NCBI GenBank assembly: GCA_051362555.1
Contig: CM120641.1
Coordinates: 15,686,001 to 15,750,000, forward strand
Reading direction: 5' to 3'
DNA: 64,000 bases
Origin: Lingula anatina
Taxonomy: Eukaryota; Animalia; Brachiopoda
Part shown: positions 1-13,800 of the stretch, piece after piece
Layout of the letters: each line of letters begins with the position of its first letter
Position numbering within the stretch: position 1 is the stretch's first letter
Notes under the pieces: generated by a model
The model's database searches: none
Seen by the model: only the letters and a program-made list of their open reading frames with translations
Told to the model about the DNA's origin: nothing
Program-made: the position numbers and the translations under genes

Positions 1-18
1 ACAAACTGCCCTTTTTAC

Positions 19-1338
19 CTGCAACTCCATTCCTGTTGCCTGTCACTACAAAACAGGAGTATGTCATCTTTCTCCCCATTGTGCCCGTCATGGTGGCAGT
101 CATCTTAAACTGCAAATACATAAGATAAGCTTTTTATGCCTAATCATACAAAACAGAGCAACAGCAACCATAGTTAACTGTACAAGATATAGAACAGTTA
201 ATACAATATTGAATATATACTGTGATGTGCAAATCCAAATGTAAGAATAAAATAAACAACTCAAAAGTTGGGACCCAAGTGTGTAAGTAAGCAGTAACTT
301 AAAGTAGCAGGTCACAGATGGTACTGCATTCATTAATTAGGTAGTACACTTTTCTTAAATGGTAATTTTGACAAGAGGTACATGTTAACCTACCAACCTC
401 TATAATCCTTGTATCGAAACCTTCAAAAGGCACTGAAAAGACCAAAAATTAATTATATTTCAGAACCACACTCACTATGTCACGTGTAGTTCGATATTAT
501 ACAACAGACATGCTGAAACTGTCGGTCCGATCGGTCATGACCGGGAAAATTTGTCTGGACCAGTAAAAAATTGGACTTAGTCGGTCCAAAAGACAGACAA
601 TAGTTTCAGGAGCAGCAATTTTGAATTTACAGTTATCATTTGACATACTTCACTAATAAAATTATATAAAACCCAAAGTGTTTTTCCCTTCCATTTCTAA
701 CCTATCACATTCACAAACAAAGTAAGCTATCCTAATCATACTGGTATTATCTGTCTCAAACGTAAAGGGTGATTTTTGCACCGACAAAATCCATTTGGTC
801 CGGCAAATTTTTCATTACTGCCGGTCCAAATGTCCGGCCATTCTGAAATGTTTTCAGTATGTCTGATACAATAAAGGGTGTCTACCTACTTCACTTGCTT
901 ATTAACGATTTGAGCTGTATGTCAATCCTAAGAATCGCACAAAATAGGGAATCTTGTCAATTTTGAAGCAATATTACATAATGATCAACTGTGTATGGTT
1001 TTCCACTTACACATCTGTGTCTGTACATAAAAAAATAACATAAACATTCTGTATACCTCCATCTTTTCCTAATGGAGGTCCTATCGTACGTCCCAGGATA
1101 CGTGAGCCTACCCAACCTCTTTCTAAAGGGGATAATTTTCCCATGTTTCTCTTATGACCTGTTGCCCTTGTTGAAGTTGGTGTTGTTACAGGTTTAGCTT
1201 TTTGGGGAACTTGCCTTCCCGCTCTGCTGTTATCTTTTCTTTTATCTGCACTCTTCAGGGCCCCCACCAGATGTTTGTTTTTCATGATACCTAGAACAAA
1301 AATAACATTACAAATATAAAATGAAATTTGCTTACACA

Positions 1339-1369
<31 letters not shown>

Positions 1370-3094
1370 CTTTTTCAATCAATTGCCTTGTACACAAAAT
1401 AGTTATCTTAGACAAGGCTTTTCTACAGGGTATACTAACTGGTCTGCAAGAAAATTGCTTATTTAATACCTTTAATTCCCTTCGACTTTGCTTATATATA
1501 ATAATTATTGTAATAATATATAATAATTCCCTCTATTTTTAACAACCTATTAAGAAATCACCATGAATAGTTTACCCAAGCTGACAAATATTTATACCTA
1601 AACTTAACAATGGCCTTTTTGGTCTTGTAACTCCTTGAGCACCCTGGCCTCCCTGTCTCCCTTTTTTCCGTCCGGATGCACTAACAGATGTCATGGAATC
1701 CCACAGTTCTGCATTATTTCCTGAAAAATGGAATATGTTTTGTATTACAATATCTTGCCAGTGGTGTGTATGTCCTACAAACACCAGCACAGGACTTAGA
1801 ATGTTCACAGACGATTGTCACATGGTTGACCATAATCTTTCACAATTGAGCCCTTCCTCCTCACAAAAAGATAAGAAAAATTGATTAAAGAGAAATTGTG
1901 TCTTCAGTAAAAAAATATGTGAAAATAACTTTAAAGTCATAATAACTCTTCATTTTGGCCAAAAATTGGATTTTCCTGGAGTAAACGGCAATTTTCCCGT
2001 ACTTACCAATGGTCAGCGACCCCATTCCTGCATTCAAAGTTAATCCAGGGTTTTTTTCCTAAACGTACGGTTTTTTGTTAAAATCTCTTAAGAGATTTTA
2101 ACTGACGGAGCTCTCTCTGACATCGCATAGTCACTGTTGACCTACTTAAAACCGCGGGAAAAGCAGACAACAACAACACTATATATGATTCATGAGATAT
2201 ATTCGTCTTTTTGTTAAAAATACATTAATATCCACAATGTGTGCCATTCTGGGCATTTCGTTATCCGACGCACTGTACAAAAACTCGCAACTTACGTCTG
2301 CGTCTGCATTAATGCGTTTGCCGCCATATGTTATTTTGGTCTCGAATGAACGCGAGAATCCGCGTGACACCATTACGTCATTAGCAACGAATGCCTTGAT
2401 GACCGGGAAGAAAAGCATCGTAAGCCCTATTGACAAGCACAGATTTTAGTTTTACTACAATAACGGCCGTTTTAGTGGTAAAATACAATAAAATATATTT
2501 CCATGCGTTGTTTACAATGTATTTCATGCGGAATTTTGAATCTCAAAGGAAGAGTTATTATTGCTTTAATATAAAGGAACAATTCAGGGGAGCCTAAATA
2601 ATTAAGGGCACTACTTACGTGAACGAAAGGAGTTCCATCGTTTGGATATCTGAGATGGTTGCTGCAGGAGAGGAACCCTACTGCAATACACTGGTGTGCC
2701 ATGGCAAACATTCTGTACACCTCTGGTAGCGAGGCCTAAAACAAAGTATCTTATGTAAAACTGACATCTAAATAAGATTTCTTACATCTTAAAGATGCAT
2801 ACAAAAAATTCTGTGTGTATCTATCATTAATCTTCAGAGTTCATTTAGAAGCATTAACAGAATTTTATTAGTTCTAAATAATGGCCACTAAATAATAATT
2901 TATGGTAAACGGCGGGTATCGATAAAGAGGTGCATTCTGAACGGGGGTGTTTTCACATCAAGCAATTCAGGATGCATAAGTAAAAATAGTTTCAGCTAAA
3001 ATATTCTTGATGTACTGGACAAGTGACCAATTTACGTACCCTTAAGGAAGAATGTCTGTCCCGTTGCCGTGATCCGAAGCACATGAGACGACAT
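19..3094 (-). CDS. MRPS5: Mitochondrial ribosomal protein uS5m (5' six exons; gene continues beyond position 1)
   Basis: Phase-consistent GT-AG exons 3094-3040, 2735-2619, 1720-1598, 1290-1057, 432-398 and 109-19 give MSSHVLR...NSFRSRNNAELWDSMTSVSASGRKKGR...ERGWVGSRILGRTIGPP...FEGFDTRIIEFKMTATMTGTMGRKMTYSCFVVTGNRNGVAG. This matches recalled MRPS5 motifs (ELW..GxKKGR, ERGWxG, FDTRILE, S5 domain VGNxxGxxG) after a basic targeting-like N-terminus. Confidence 0.92.
505..865. mobile_element. Non-autonomous DNA transposon (MITE) in an MRPS5 intron
   Basis: Terminal inverted repeats CAGACATGCTGAAA / TTTCAGTATGTCTG, subterminal GGTCC/GGAC motifs, and a 6-bp direct repeat ATACAA on both flanks (499-504, 866-871). 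Confidence 0.7.
1960..2130 (+). repeat. Dispersed repeat fragment, related copy at about 37755-37920
   Basis: GGATTTTCCTGGAGTAAACGGCAATTTTCCCGT...CATTCAAAGTTA...TCTTAAGAGA aligns by eye with GGATTTCCTGGGGTAAATGGCAATTTCCCCGT...CATTCAAAGTTA...TCTTAAGAGA. Confidence 0.6.
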
Positions 3095-3110
3095 CACTAC
3101 ATTTATCAAG

Positions 3111-3139
3111 CCGGAAGTGTTTGGTGATGCGCATGCGCA
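3111..3139. promoter_or_regulatory. ETS/GABP site and NRF1-type palindrome just upstream of MRPS5
   Basis: CCGGAAGTG at 3111-3119 and perfect TGCGCATGCGCA at 3128-3139, 17-45 bp upstream of the MRPS5 ATG. This motif pair is typical of nuclear-encoded mitochondrial gene promoters. Confidence 0.7.
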
Positions 3140-3494
3140 GTATTAATCTGGTCTGGCGCAGTGCACTACATTAAGTTAACTGCGCAGGAGATGGTCGAAA
3201 TAACTGGTTAGCGTCATGGAAAAGTCATTTCGAGCACGTTTTCAAGGAACAGTTGTCAGATGACCATTTATTTTCCTTGCACTTTTTTTGGCTGTTCATC
3301 TGTGTTAGAGACTACGTATACAGGTGTCAAAGATAGAAGCTTTTAACTGATTGTTGTTCTGTCGCCTAGCTGTGACTGCCAGGATAAAAGTGCAGAGATT
3401 CTGCATTATAGGCCTATATTCTATGCTTTATGGCAGAAACTCCCAACCATCCCCCCAAATATTAACAAGTGTCCATGATAATCTGCCATGCCTA

Positions 3495-3552
3495 TGCACA
3501 CCTGATGAGTTCAAATAAGAACGAAACATCACATTAAAATGTGTTTGTGAGC
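3495..3552 (+). ncRNA. Hammerhead ribozyme-like core
   Basis: CTGATGA (3502-3508), stem II GTTC/GAAC with loop AAATAA, GAAAC (3523-3527), then a CACAT-TAAA-ATGTG hairpin. Stems I and III are imperfect. Confidence 0.45.
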
Positions 3553-4817
3553 GATCATATTAAATTATTTTTTATAATTATCTTCACTATAATAATGTAA
3601 TAAAAATAATGTCTCTCATAACATCCAAAACGGTATAGCCTACATTGTCATACCAAGTATGATATCTATTGATACATACGTTACCTATGTTTTTAATAAC
3701 CGTTAGCTGCCTCCAACTTCTGGTGAGCCAACCCCTAATTTTGTTAACAATGTAACAAAGAAATATGCCTTGTAGAAACTCGCTCTCACACCTAGTTGCG
3801 CCGACGGACAACTAACAATGCATTTTATTGTGTAGATCTAGCGTAATGTGAAGTAAAAAAAAAAAGGTGTTGGCTCACCAGAAGTTGGAGGCAACACCAA
3901 TTTAGTGAGTCAATTTTCTAATTTCAAGAGGGGAATATTGGTGCGATGTATTATTCAGAAACCGAGGGGGCGTCAGGACCCCCCTAACCTCCTCCTCCCC
4001 CCCCCCCCCCCCCCCCCCCCCCCCGCTGTTTAGGTATGGAAGACTAGGACCCATCAAAGGCGGAAAATGGGGCCGTAGCAATAGTCCGAATTAAGGTTCA
4101 TTGGGCCGAAAATTCGATAGATCTAGTAGGCCTACGTCGGAATTCATCATGTGCATGAATTAAGTGTGTAGACCTAGGCTATGGTGCACTGGCAATTAAG
4201 TAAAGTAAATCAGAGGTGCGTGCATACGATTTTTTGGAAGAATGAAGCTTCGGATTATCGAGATGGTCCCCGGAAAACAACCTGTCTGCATGCATTATAG
4301 GCCTCCCCCAACACCGAAACATTTTCAACCTAGGCATGAACGTTGTCCTAGGCTCTGCACAGCATCGAAGCAACGAATCTTGCATAGGACTTAATGGAAT
4401 GAAAGAACTAGTTGATTCATCATCCAATGAAAAATGGCCTAATGGGTAATTTGTAGGCCTATGTTAGTTAGAAAACCGATTTTTTTATTAACAGAATGAA
4501 TATTCTTAGATCTGTCCTCAAAATAAGAAGCAGAGATCTAACTTGAATGAAGCATGAGGATGACAAACTCAAATGAACAGACTGAATACGTAGCCTATTA
4601 TATAGCATGTAGACTATGTACTAGGCCTATTTGACGTCGCTACCTGACGTAGTAAAAACGTCTTACGCACTGACGTTTTATATTTCACATCTCGCGAAGA
4701 CGTAAATTGAACACAGATTCCGGTTATTTGGAATGGTGGACAAGACGGCCTATTAAAATCTACATTGCATATACTAGGGTGTACATTTGCTGTACTATCC
4801 ATTATAATATCAATAAA

Positions 4818-7800
4818 ATGGCACACCTCAAAGTGGCATGGAAAGCCTACCAAGTCAAGAGGGGCATGGACAAGATGGCGCAAGCTAAAATTGACGCAGA
4901 GCGAGAGCTCGCCGGGTTACCTCCCTTGCGACCGTGGTAAATTGATCATTCAAATAACGTTGAAATATACTCAATCAAAATTTCTTTTAGGGAATTTCAA
5001 ACAAGAGGATATCAAATGACAATCCTCTGGTTTTTTCCGTCTCTTATCCAAAAATAAAAAAAAGCAATTATCAGTGCTTGCAAGATTATAATTATGTATT
5101 GTTCGATAAATTGATTTGCATATGGTTGGCATTCCTTATAATATTTTAACTTTGTAAAAATCAAACCTATATTTAAATTTTTAAGGTGGAAAGACTGCAT
5201 CATCAACACATTCACGTGGACACGAGAGACATGTTTCAAAGCACTATGCCCATGTTGTATTTACGATCGTAGGCGACATAAATGGAAAAAGAAAGCAGCC
5301 AATACATGCCTTAGCAGACTGTGTATTGACGGGACATATGAGAACGACCTATTTAAAAGTTTTCTTGGTATGTTTTAACTCAGGTAAATCAGGTATAAAA
5401 TCTGCAAAATTGACATTTCCAATACGATAGAACAATTAGACACTTGCCTTCTCCCTTTATTCAGAAGCCAATATGTAATGCCAATATGCTGAATGTGTAC
5501 GTTTTTGTTTTTCGCACAGGTTTCCTGACTGGCTCTTTCTTAGCTCTATTTCTCTTCTTTGTAATGGTGTTTCAATTGAATTATTCTGGCCTGACGGCGT
5601 CTTATATAGCGATGGGCCTTGGCACATTTCTCTCCCTGGGAATGGCTTTCTCCTTACACGTTCGATGCTTGGTGCTTCTTATGATACCGCAAATTTTTTC
5701 AAGTAAGGTATTTTTTTAATAATAGCGTTTCGGTTTATCTGTTCATTTTTATATTATGATTTAATCTCTGTTGTCAACTCCTCATTTAAATAGTTTGTTT
5801 TCACGATCGGTTTTCTCTATTTATCTATTTTTGTAACCAGTAAATGCAGTATTGTCGGCAACTCTGAACTAAAAACATTTCTTCATACTATATTGCAACG
5901 CGGGGCATATCCAGGAAAGCAAGAGGTGTGTGGAAGCTGGAATTACCCATGTTTAGCCTACAAGATATATATTGTATCTTTTAAATATGTCCTGTTTGTC
6001 ACTGTTTCAAAGCTTTAATAATCTTTTCCACAGGTAAAGGACGTACATTCCTCCTAGCGTATTGCTTTGTCCTAATCGTAAACGGTCCCATGCATAACTT
6101 CAGCCACAACATTCAAGTGATGTCTCAAAGTGCTGCCTGCGGACAACTGATGGCCGAGAACGCAACCAAGGAAATTCTTGCTGAAGCTATGCAACCGGTT
6201 AAAGGTAGGCACGGGACAGTGTGTTCCCACAGGCAGATGGCCCCGTGGTTTCTTTGCATTACATGGAGTGAAGAATGTAATTACATGTCATGTACAAAAT
6301 AATATTTTAAGCAGAAAAGTGGTCTTTCAAAACCACCATTTATAGGGTACTTTTAATGCTGAAATTTCGGTAAAATGTTGATCGGTAAAAACTTCAAAAT
6401 TGTTGGTGACCCATGAATTTTCCAAGAAATACCACAAAAAAATCTTATTCATTACTAGTCTCATTATAACATTTGAAGGTATTCTGGCGCCTATTCGCCA
6501 AGCTTTGCGTGGATTGACACAGGCAGCGGACCGACTGCGGAAAGCTTTTCAAGCAATGAAACAATTATTCCAAAATATAGGTAAGTCATAAAATAAAATT
6601 TGCACTGACTTGACACCAAATAGTCGCTTTCTTTGTTGAAAATAACAATGCCTGATTAGTGTGATAAAATTCAGTTATACAGCTATGTGTTTCATGTATA
6701 TAACACAAAACGAACCGCCTTTTTTTCAGTCGATGCCATCAAGCGTCTATTCAAATGGCTGGCTGACATGGTAAACATATGTAATCACAACATGGGTCGA
6801 CCCTACAGACAGTGCAAGAAGGTGTTTGAAATAGTTGTTAAAAAATGCAGGTAAGGAAACTTTCACATTTTTTTCTACATAGCAGGCAACAGACGGTTGC
6901 TAGATGACGGTTCCGAATACCATACATGCTATATTCCAAATACTGTTTACATATTCATTGACTCAAAATCTATATATTATTTCAGGGAAAACGCCATTGC
7001 CAATGCATTCGGTTTATGCTCCCTAGCCGACAAATTTTCGGTTGTATGCAATATTGCAAGAGGTAGGTTTACTTAGGTCTGTAAGATAAATATAGGTTAT
7101 CTCTCTCTCTCTCTCTCTCTCTTTGTCAGTACACACCCAAACCCAATATAGAGGTGCATTTCACATACTGAAGGGTCAAAAATAAAATTGAATGAATTCA
7201 GAGTTGTATTCAGTTTTTAAAACATATAGGCCCTCTGTGTATAGAACAATTCAAATTTTAATTTTTACCACGTCTTTTAGGCTACATTACGCAAAGAGAC
7301 CACATGGTAAACAGTGTTTTTTTCATGATAGTTTGGCTTTTTGATATCATATTTGGAGCACGAGGGGAAAAATAATTTATTTAATGCTTATTTTACTATC
7401 TGTAGGGTGTATTTTCCCCCGTTTTTTAATATTCAGTGACAAGCAAACTAAAGTTGCTCAAAGACAATTAATTGCTCTATACAGAGGATTATTATAATTT
7501 TTAAAACGTTATACCTGTAGGAGATAAATCAAAGACCAAAACCAGTGATAATTAAATTTCCAAAGTGAGTAAAACGTTCCACAGTTGGATGTTTTGCATT
7601 TGTGACAGTAACATATGTTCCTTTTTGGGGTTAGACGATGAATTATTTTTTATTATTCATGGTTCCAGGAGAGTGAAACTTTGATACAAATTTCTTCATG
7701 TGGGACCCAAAAATAATCAAACATAGTTTGCAATCTAAGCACTAAATAATTTTGAGAGCATGCCTGTGACATCAATTGCACCTCTATATTGGGATTGGGT

Positions 7801-10800
7801 GTACACCGTAACAAGATGACTCATATTTACGTTCACATTTCCAGTGGGCGAATTTTTGTGCAAGCTAACAGAACTTGTACAACAGTTGATCGTGAAGAAA
7901 GTACAAACGAGTAGGTAGAACACTTTCAATTTTCAAATGTTAAAAATGTTGTCAAATGTATTGCTTTAATGAATATAAAGAAAACGAACCAGGAACATGT
8001 CAGTTGTGCATATATCAACATAAACTAAATAGCACGTATAGTGAATTGAAGAAAAAACAGGCTGAACTCATTGAACTAAAGTTGTTTGTTTCAATGTCAC
8101 ATAGGCGTGCAGACTGCTGTCCAAAACGTGTACGAGATGTTCTACTTTAATGTGACTTTGATCCACCATTTAAACTACACCATAACCCAATCCAAGACGA
8201 GCAAAGAAATTCAGCGCGATATTATGAACGAAATCAAGTCATGGGTCAAACCGTTCGAGAGCATGATGGACTTCAGCAGTTTCGCCATAGCGTTCATGCT
8301 ACTTTGGCTTTTTATTAAGTAAATATATGTGATTAGATCGAGTGTCATTGTGTCAGTCATAGAATAGTTGTCTTTTTATTTTCGGTCGATGCAACTGTTT
8401 CTTTTTTCTATTTCTTACTTTTTGTTTCCCTTTTTAATCACCCCGATCTTTCTGTCATGAGCTCTTCTTGCAGAGGCTTGCAGAATTCGTGAAAATGAAA
8501 GACTCGTACTTAATAAGTACCCCTTCATCAAAGATAGTGGGGTGGACATGTAAAAAGCAAATATTAATATTTTTTCAGTAAAAGCCTTTCTTCAGTTTTG
8601 TTAACTGTTCTAGATGACGCATGCTTCCTCTTTCAGGGCGATGCTTTATAGGCGTAATTATCTCACCAAAGACAAATTTGATAATTTCTACGTGACATTC
8701 AACCTAAGAGATATAGACGAGAGGCGCCAGGAAATGGAGCGGGAGACCATTCTTCCTCTGAATTGGAAAGAAAGTTCCAAGTACATCACAACTTGTAAGT
8801 TCTGATTGACAAAATTTTTACAAAGAGATATCGTATACACCGTGATCGCCCTTTCAATTTTACTTGAGAACTGAAGCGCCGCTTTAATAATGCCACCTTT
8901 CTGTATTAGTGGTATTTAAACCGCTTGGACCCGTTGACTTATGTAAGTGCTATTGTCTTTTAATGTCTCAAAACATTTTATTTTATTCTATACAGACACT
9001 AAGATTAATAAAATCAAAATGAGACCGATTTGTAGACTGCTTTGAAATTATGAGTGACACAATTAAATTTTTACCAGGGTCTCCTCGACTGGCAAAACCT
9101 GAGAAGAAAAAACTTGTCCGAGGTCTTATCATGCTGGCAGGGAGTTTCATGCACGCCAGTTTTTATATGTACTGCGACATGGGTCTGTATACACTTCTTG
9201 ACTTGATAAGAACCCACGCGGAACTTAAAACACACAGTGAAGGTACGGCTGGTTGTGACTTTATTATCTCCTTTTAGAATATTTGAATGACGAAATTGAA
9301 ACTAGGAAAATTCATTTCAAAGGAGCAGGCCTTATATACATCGAATATAAGAATATTTAAAGTGAGTGGACACGAAATGTGTCAAATATTAAAAGAAACT
9401 GAAAGTTCATAACGCAAACTGGAACAAGCTCATCTATGGTCCATGTTTCAGTTCCACACACCATTGGTCTGCACGTTCAAGGCAATGGCGCGTTTGCTGA
9501 CATGTATCGCATGTTAATCAGCACTTTCGACCCCATCGGACGCATCGGGCTTGAGATCGACACGACCCCTTGTCTTCCGAACCCAAGTCCAGTCAACCCA
9601 TATATTTACAAAGAAATACGTGAGAAGATATCATCAGTTTAATTTTTTTTTTTCATTCGTAGGGGAGACCGGGGCTAGTTGGACCCCGGGGTAATTTGGC
9701 CCCCCATCAATTAATGACAAAGTTACTATGAGGTAAAGGAACTGATCACCGTATCCAATAGTGCTAAGAAAACGTCGGCAGTGAGTCCAAATGAAATAAT
9801 TTAACATCTTAAAGTAACTTTATTTAAGAGACCTGATTTGGGGGGGGGGGGCAACTTACCCCGGGGTCCAACTAGCCCCGGTCTCCCCTATGTTCCATAC
9901 ATATTAAGTTCATTAACTCTGATGTATGAAATTGATGTTGACTATCGAGCACTGTTAAACTTTGAAAAGCTAGAGGTGGGCAAAAATTCATTCTCCCAGC
10001 GGTCGCAGGCCAATGTAACGGACTTAACAACATCACTCTTTACAGCCATTAATTGCCTCACCGCACTTTTTTCAAATGACCTCAATACCAGCTTTTTACG
10101 AGTCAGTGAAGGCCCTTTTCCTACCTCGATGCCAAAATAAGTTTTTGCTACAACGCCCGGCAAAGCAGTTAAAAAAACGCCCATAAAATTGATAAAAAGA
10201 TGAATAAATGTTACCCTATTTTTGTCTTGCTGTTCAGTGTTCATCTGGGCAACTTGTATTTTGCTGGTTTTACTGGAAGCATACGGACTCCGACTTCGAC
10301 ACGTTATAGTTGGATGCTACTACGAAAAAAGGGAGAAGGAACGCGCAATATGGCTTTACAATCACATTCTTCAGCAAAGGGGAGGTTTTCTCAAATTTCT
10401 GCGCAGGCAACTTCGCCGCAAGTACGAGAAGGAAGAGGCCATCGAAAAAATTAGCATCAGAAGTCGTTTGGCATCTCAGTGAGTCAACATTATATTAAGC
10501 GCATTCTACCCCTGGGCACTCAAACTGAAATAGTCCGAACTTCATAATCTATGTTCGCTTCAAAGAACAACCTATATATGTTTCAAGTATCATCCTCTAA
10601 ATAATATGATAAATACGACATCTTATCAATTGCATTCTTGTTTTCAATAATCATATTTCATGCAACATAGGTATCCTATCCTGGGTAAGGTTTTCAAGTA
10701 CTTCGGCTATGAGAGAAAGTATTGTTTATGCTGCGGACAACCGGGGAAACCAGACGACATGGACCACTTTAAGCATTGCAGCACCTCCGACTGCAAAGGT

Positions 10801-13800
10801 AGGCCTACAATGCTGTAATCGTATTAATTCCTCACCCACATATTTCATGCTTTTCTTTCATGGCACAAATTAAGAACGATTTGCCGTTTTTAATGGAAAA
10901 AAGGAAATGTTCTGCAAAAGCTTATGTTTAAGCAAAAAGGTTTGTCCGCTTTTACTAGCACGTGTTCAAATTTGAGATTCTTGGGTCTCTTACTTTACTT
11001 TAAGATATCGTCTAGAACAAAAAGTACGCACGAAACCTGTCTAGTATTTGTACATCACGTCCTGAAATGTCACGGTATATTTTGTGTCCAATTGGGATTT
11101 GTTCCCCCATCTTACCCTGAGCACATTGCTGAAATAAAATCGCTAAGCTTCAAGTGCACTAGCACAGGTTATTGACTTTCATAAAAATTCTAACACACAA
11201 AATCCCCAAATAAATAAATTAATTCCCGTCTGAAACACGGTCATATCTCCGCAGCTACAATTTGTAGGCCTACATGTATTGTCGCAGTATACTACATGCT
11301 GTACCAATGTTTCAGCAATCTACTGCCAGGACTGCTTCACGGACATCAACAACATGTGCACCGTGTGTATGAACCCCGTCGACTACTGCGACTTTTCGGA
11401 TTTCAGCGAAGAGAGGTATGGAGCCGCTGCTTTATTAAGTGCGGGCCTAAGTATAACATTAGGGGAGACCGGGGCTAGTTGGACCCCGGGGTAAGTTGGC
11501 CCCCCGTCAATTTATAAAAAAAGTAACCACGAGGTAAAAAAAATTGGCCACATACTTTTGTAAAGTGACCGTAGCCTACAATGCTAAGGAAGTGTCGGAC
11601 GTCAAAAAGTTTTACTTAAGCGGTGAGTCGAAATAAACGATTTTTGCACCTAAAAGTAATTTTGTTTAAGAGATTTAAAAATCTATTTTCATAGGTTTTT
11701 GATCGAATATAATATATGTTTAGGGCATCAAACTGAAGCTCATTGTTTCAAGTTTCACAGAGATGTATCATCGTTGTTCATTCTAGCACCATAAATGGCT
11801 GCCATCTTTAAAAAAAAATAATGTGCACCCGGGGCTAGTTGGCCCCATTGACTCGGGGCAAGTTGGACCCTCATATTACCCACAAACCTTTGCGCGCAAC
11901 GCTGTTTGAAATAAACAAGTTGGTGAAATTGACAAAGCTTGCCGGTGTTTACCGTCTGATTGATTTTATTTAATTTGCTCTCTGGTGTCTTTTCAAAAAT
12001 TTATATTAGAAATGTTCTGTTGATTGTATGTATTAAAAAGTAAATCCATTGGACTTTCCTTAGAAAAACATTTATTTTGCCTTAATTCATTTTAAGGGGA
12101 TTCCCTTTGTATTTATAGTGTTATATGTGGCCCCAAGGGGTTTTTTCCACCCCTCCCTAGCTAGAGATCATTGTTGAAACAAACTCTATGGTTTAAAACT
12201 GAATTTGTTACTTTCTTTTAAAACGAAAATTTATTATTCGTTTTCATTCATTAAAACCCTGCTTTATACCATTATTAATTTATTCTTAATTAAAACAAAA
12301 CAAATTTTATTGATAAATATTTTGGTTCTTGCAACACATACCCCCCCCCCCCCCCCCCACAACGTCACGTACGGAAGCCTCACTAAAACTGCCTCATTTG
12401 AACTATTTATTCATCAAACACTCTCAAAAACCAATTAAATAAGTTAAAAATGTATAAAAATGTATTTCAAGGCGTTTACATGGGATATATACTTCATTTT
12501 CGTATAGGGGGGCCAACTTGCCCCGACCCTGGGGCCAACTTGCCCCGTGGCGGGGCAAGTTGGCCCCCCTGACGTCAACTGCGTTTTTTGTCAAATTGTG
12601 AGCCATCTAGCATTATATTTGAAAAATAATGACGTTGCATAAGTAGCCTAGTTCATGGGGCTTACTTTGAAACCGGTTTTGTTACTGTAACTCATTCCTA
12701 TTTGGCTCTACAAGGCCAAAAGTGTCTAACTGGGCCAACTAGCCCCGGTCTCCCCTACAGATTTTTGACTAACAGAGTTATAAAGTGTTTTGATTTTGGA
12801 TATTATCTTAAATGCATTGGAATATTAGTGAACTTAATTGCTAAATATTTCCCACTGTTGAATTTCCCTGTATCAGCCGTCGTCAATCGTAATGCTGCAC
12901 ACGAAAGCTTTCATACCTTGTCCATTTCACAGAGATTCAAGTGAAGAAGAAGTGAAGCTCAAATCTAAGATGGACGTATTAGAGAGACAAGATGGCAGTG
13001 AAACTGACAGCTTGAACTCTTCAGATTACGACTATCAAAACAGAGATGATGACACCGATACAAGCGAAGCTTTTGAGCAACCAAGCAGGAAAGCGTCCGC
13101 CACCGCGAGTCGAACCCGCAGCGGGAGCAGACGAGACCTTGTTACCATGGCAATATATCACAGCGATCGCGTGGATGAAGAGGAGAGCGACAGCGATGAG
13201 GAGGTCTACGGACCGTTTGTTTCGGTGAGGGAACCGAGAGCTTTGTCAATTCAACGAGTCAACGACCGCGGCTTTCAACCATCAGCTGACGGGCTGAATA
13301 CGCGGAAATACAGTGGGGTTCACGATGCAAGTTACAATGATGTTCCAGACCAGGCATTTTACTCTTCTTCAGCGACTCAGCATACGCAAGGTTACAAATC
13401 TATCAATCAGGAACATTTAAGGGCGGGTTTTAGAAAAGAAATCGAGGAGCACCATCAAATATCACGGCAGCACCAGATGGCTGGGCTAATGATGGGTCAG
13501 ATTAACACGCACATGGGTACTTATGAAAGCAATAAATCAACGACCGGTGCAAACATGTACTCAACAGACGAAATTAACCAACAGACGAATGCTTACGAAA
13601 CTGACGATTGGCACTTTAATTCAGGAGTTAATATGAACGAGTACGGTACAGACAATTTTAATAACCCTGCCTCAAGGGGACCCTACGGAAACGATAACTT
13701 GGGTGCCACAACCGATTTCTACGAGGCAGACGATGAATACTGCGATGAAACTGAGGGCGTGGATGATGAAATCGTTAGTCGTCTGCCCCTCTTACCTGAT

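Noticed and set aside
1750-1865. Possible extra MRPS5 exon
   Set aside because: The flanking exons already join in phase to give the expected NSF...ELW sequence, and no clean open exon was found.
3997-4024. Long poly-C run (and poly-G near 60014-60034) as G-quadruplex elements
   Set aside because: Homopolymers associated with repeat remnants, lengths unreliable, and no functional evidence.
9838-10244. Two 100-aa ORFs
   Set aside because: They lie in a DCST2 intron, one starts in a MITE end, and they have no recognisable domain or splice support.
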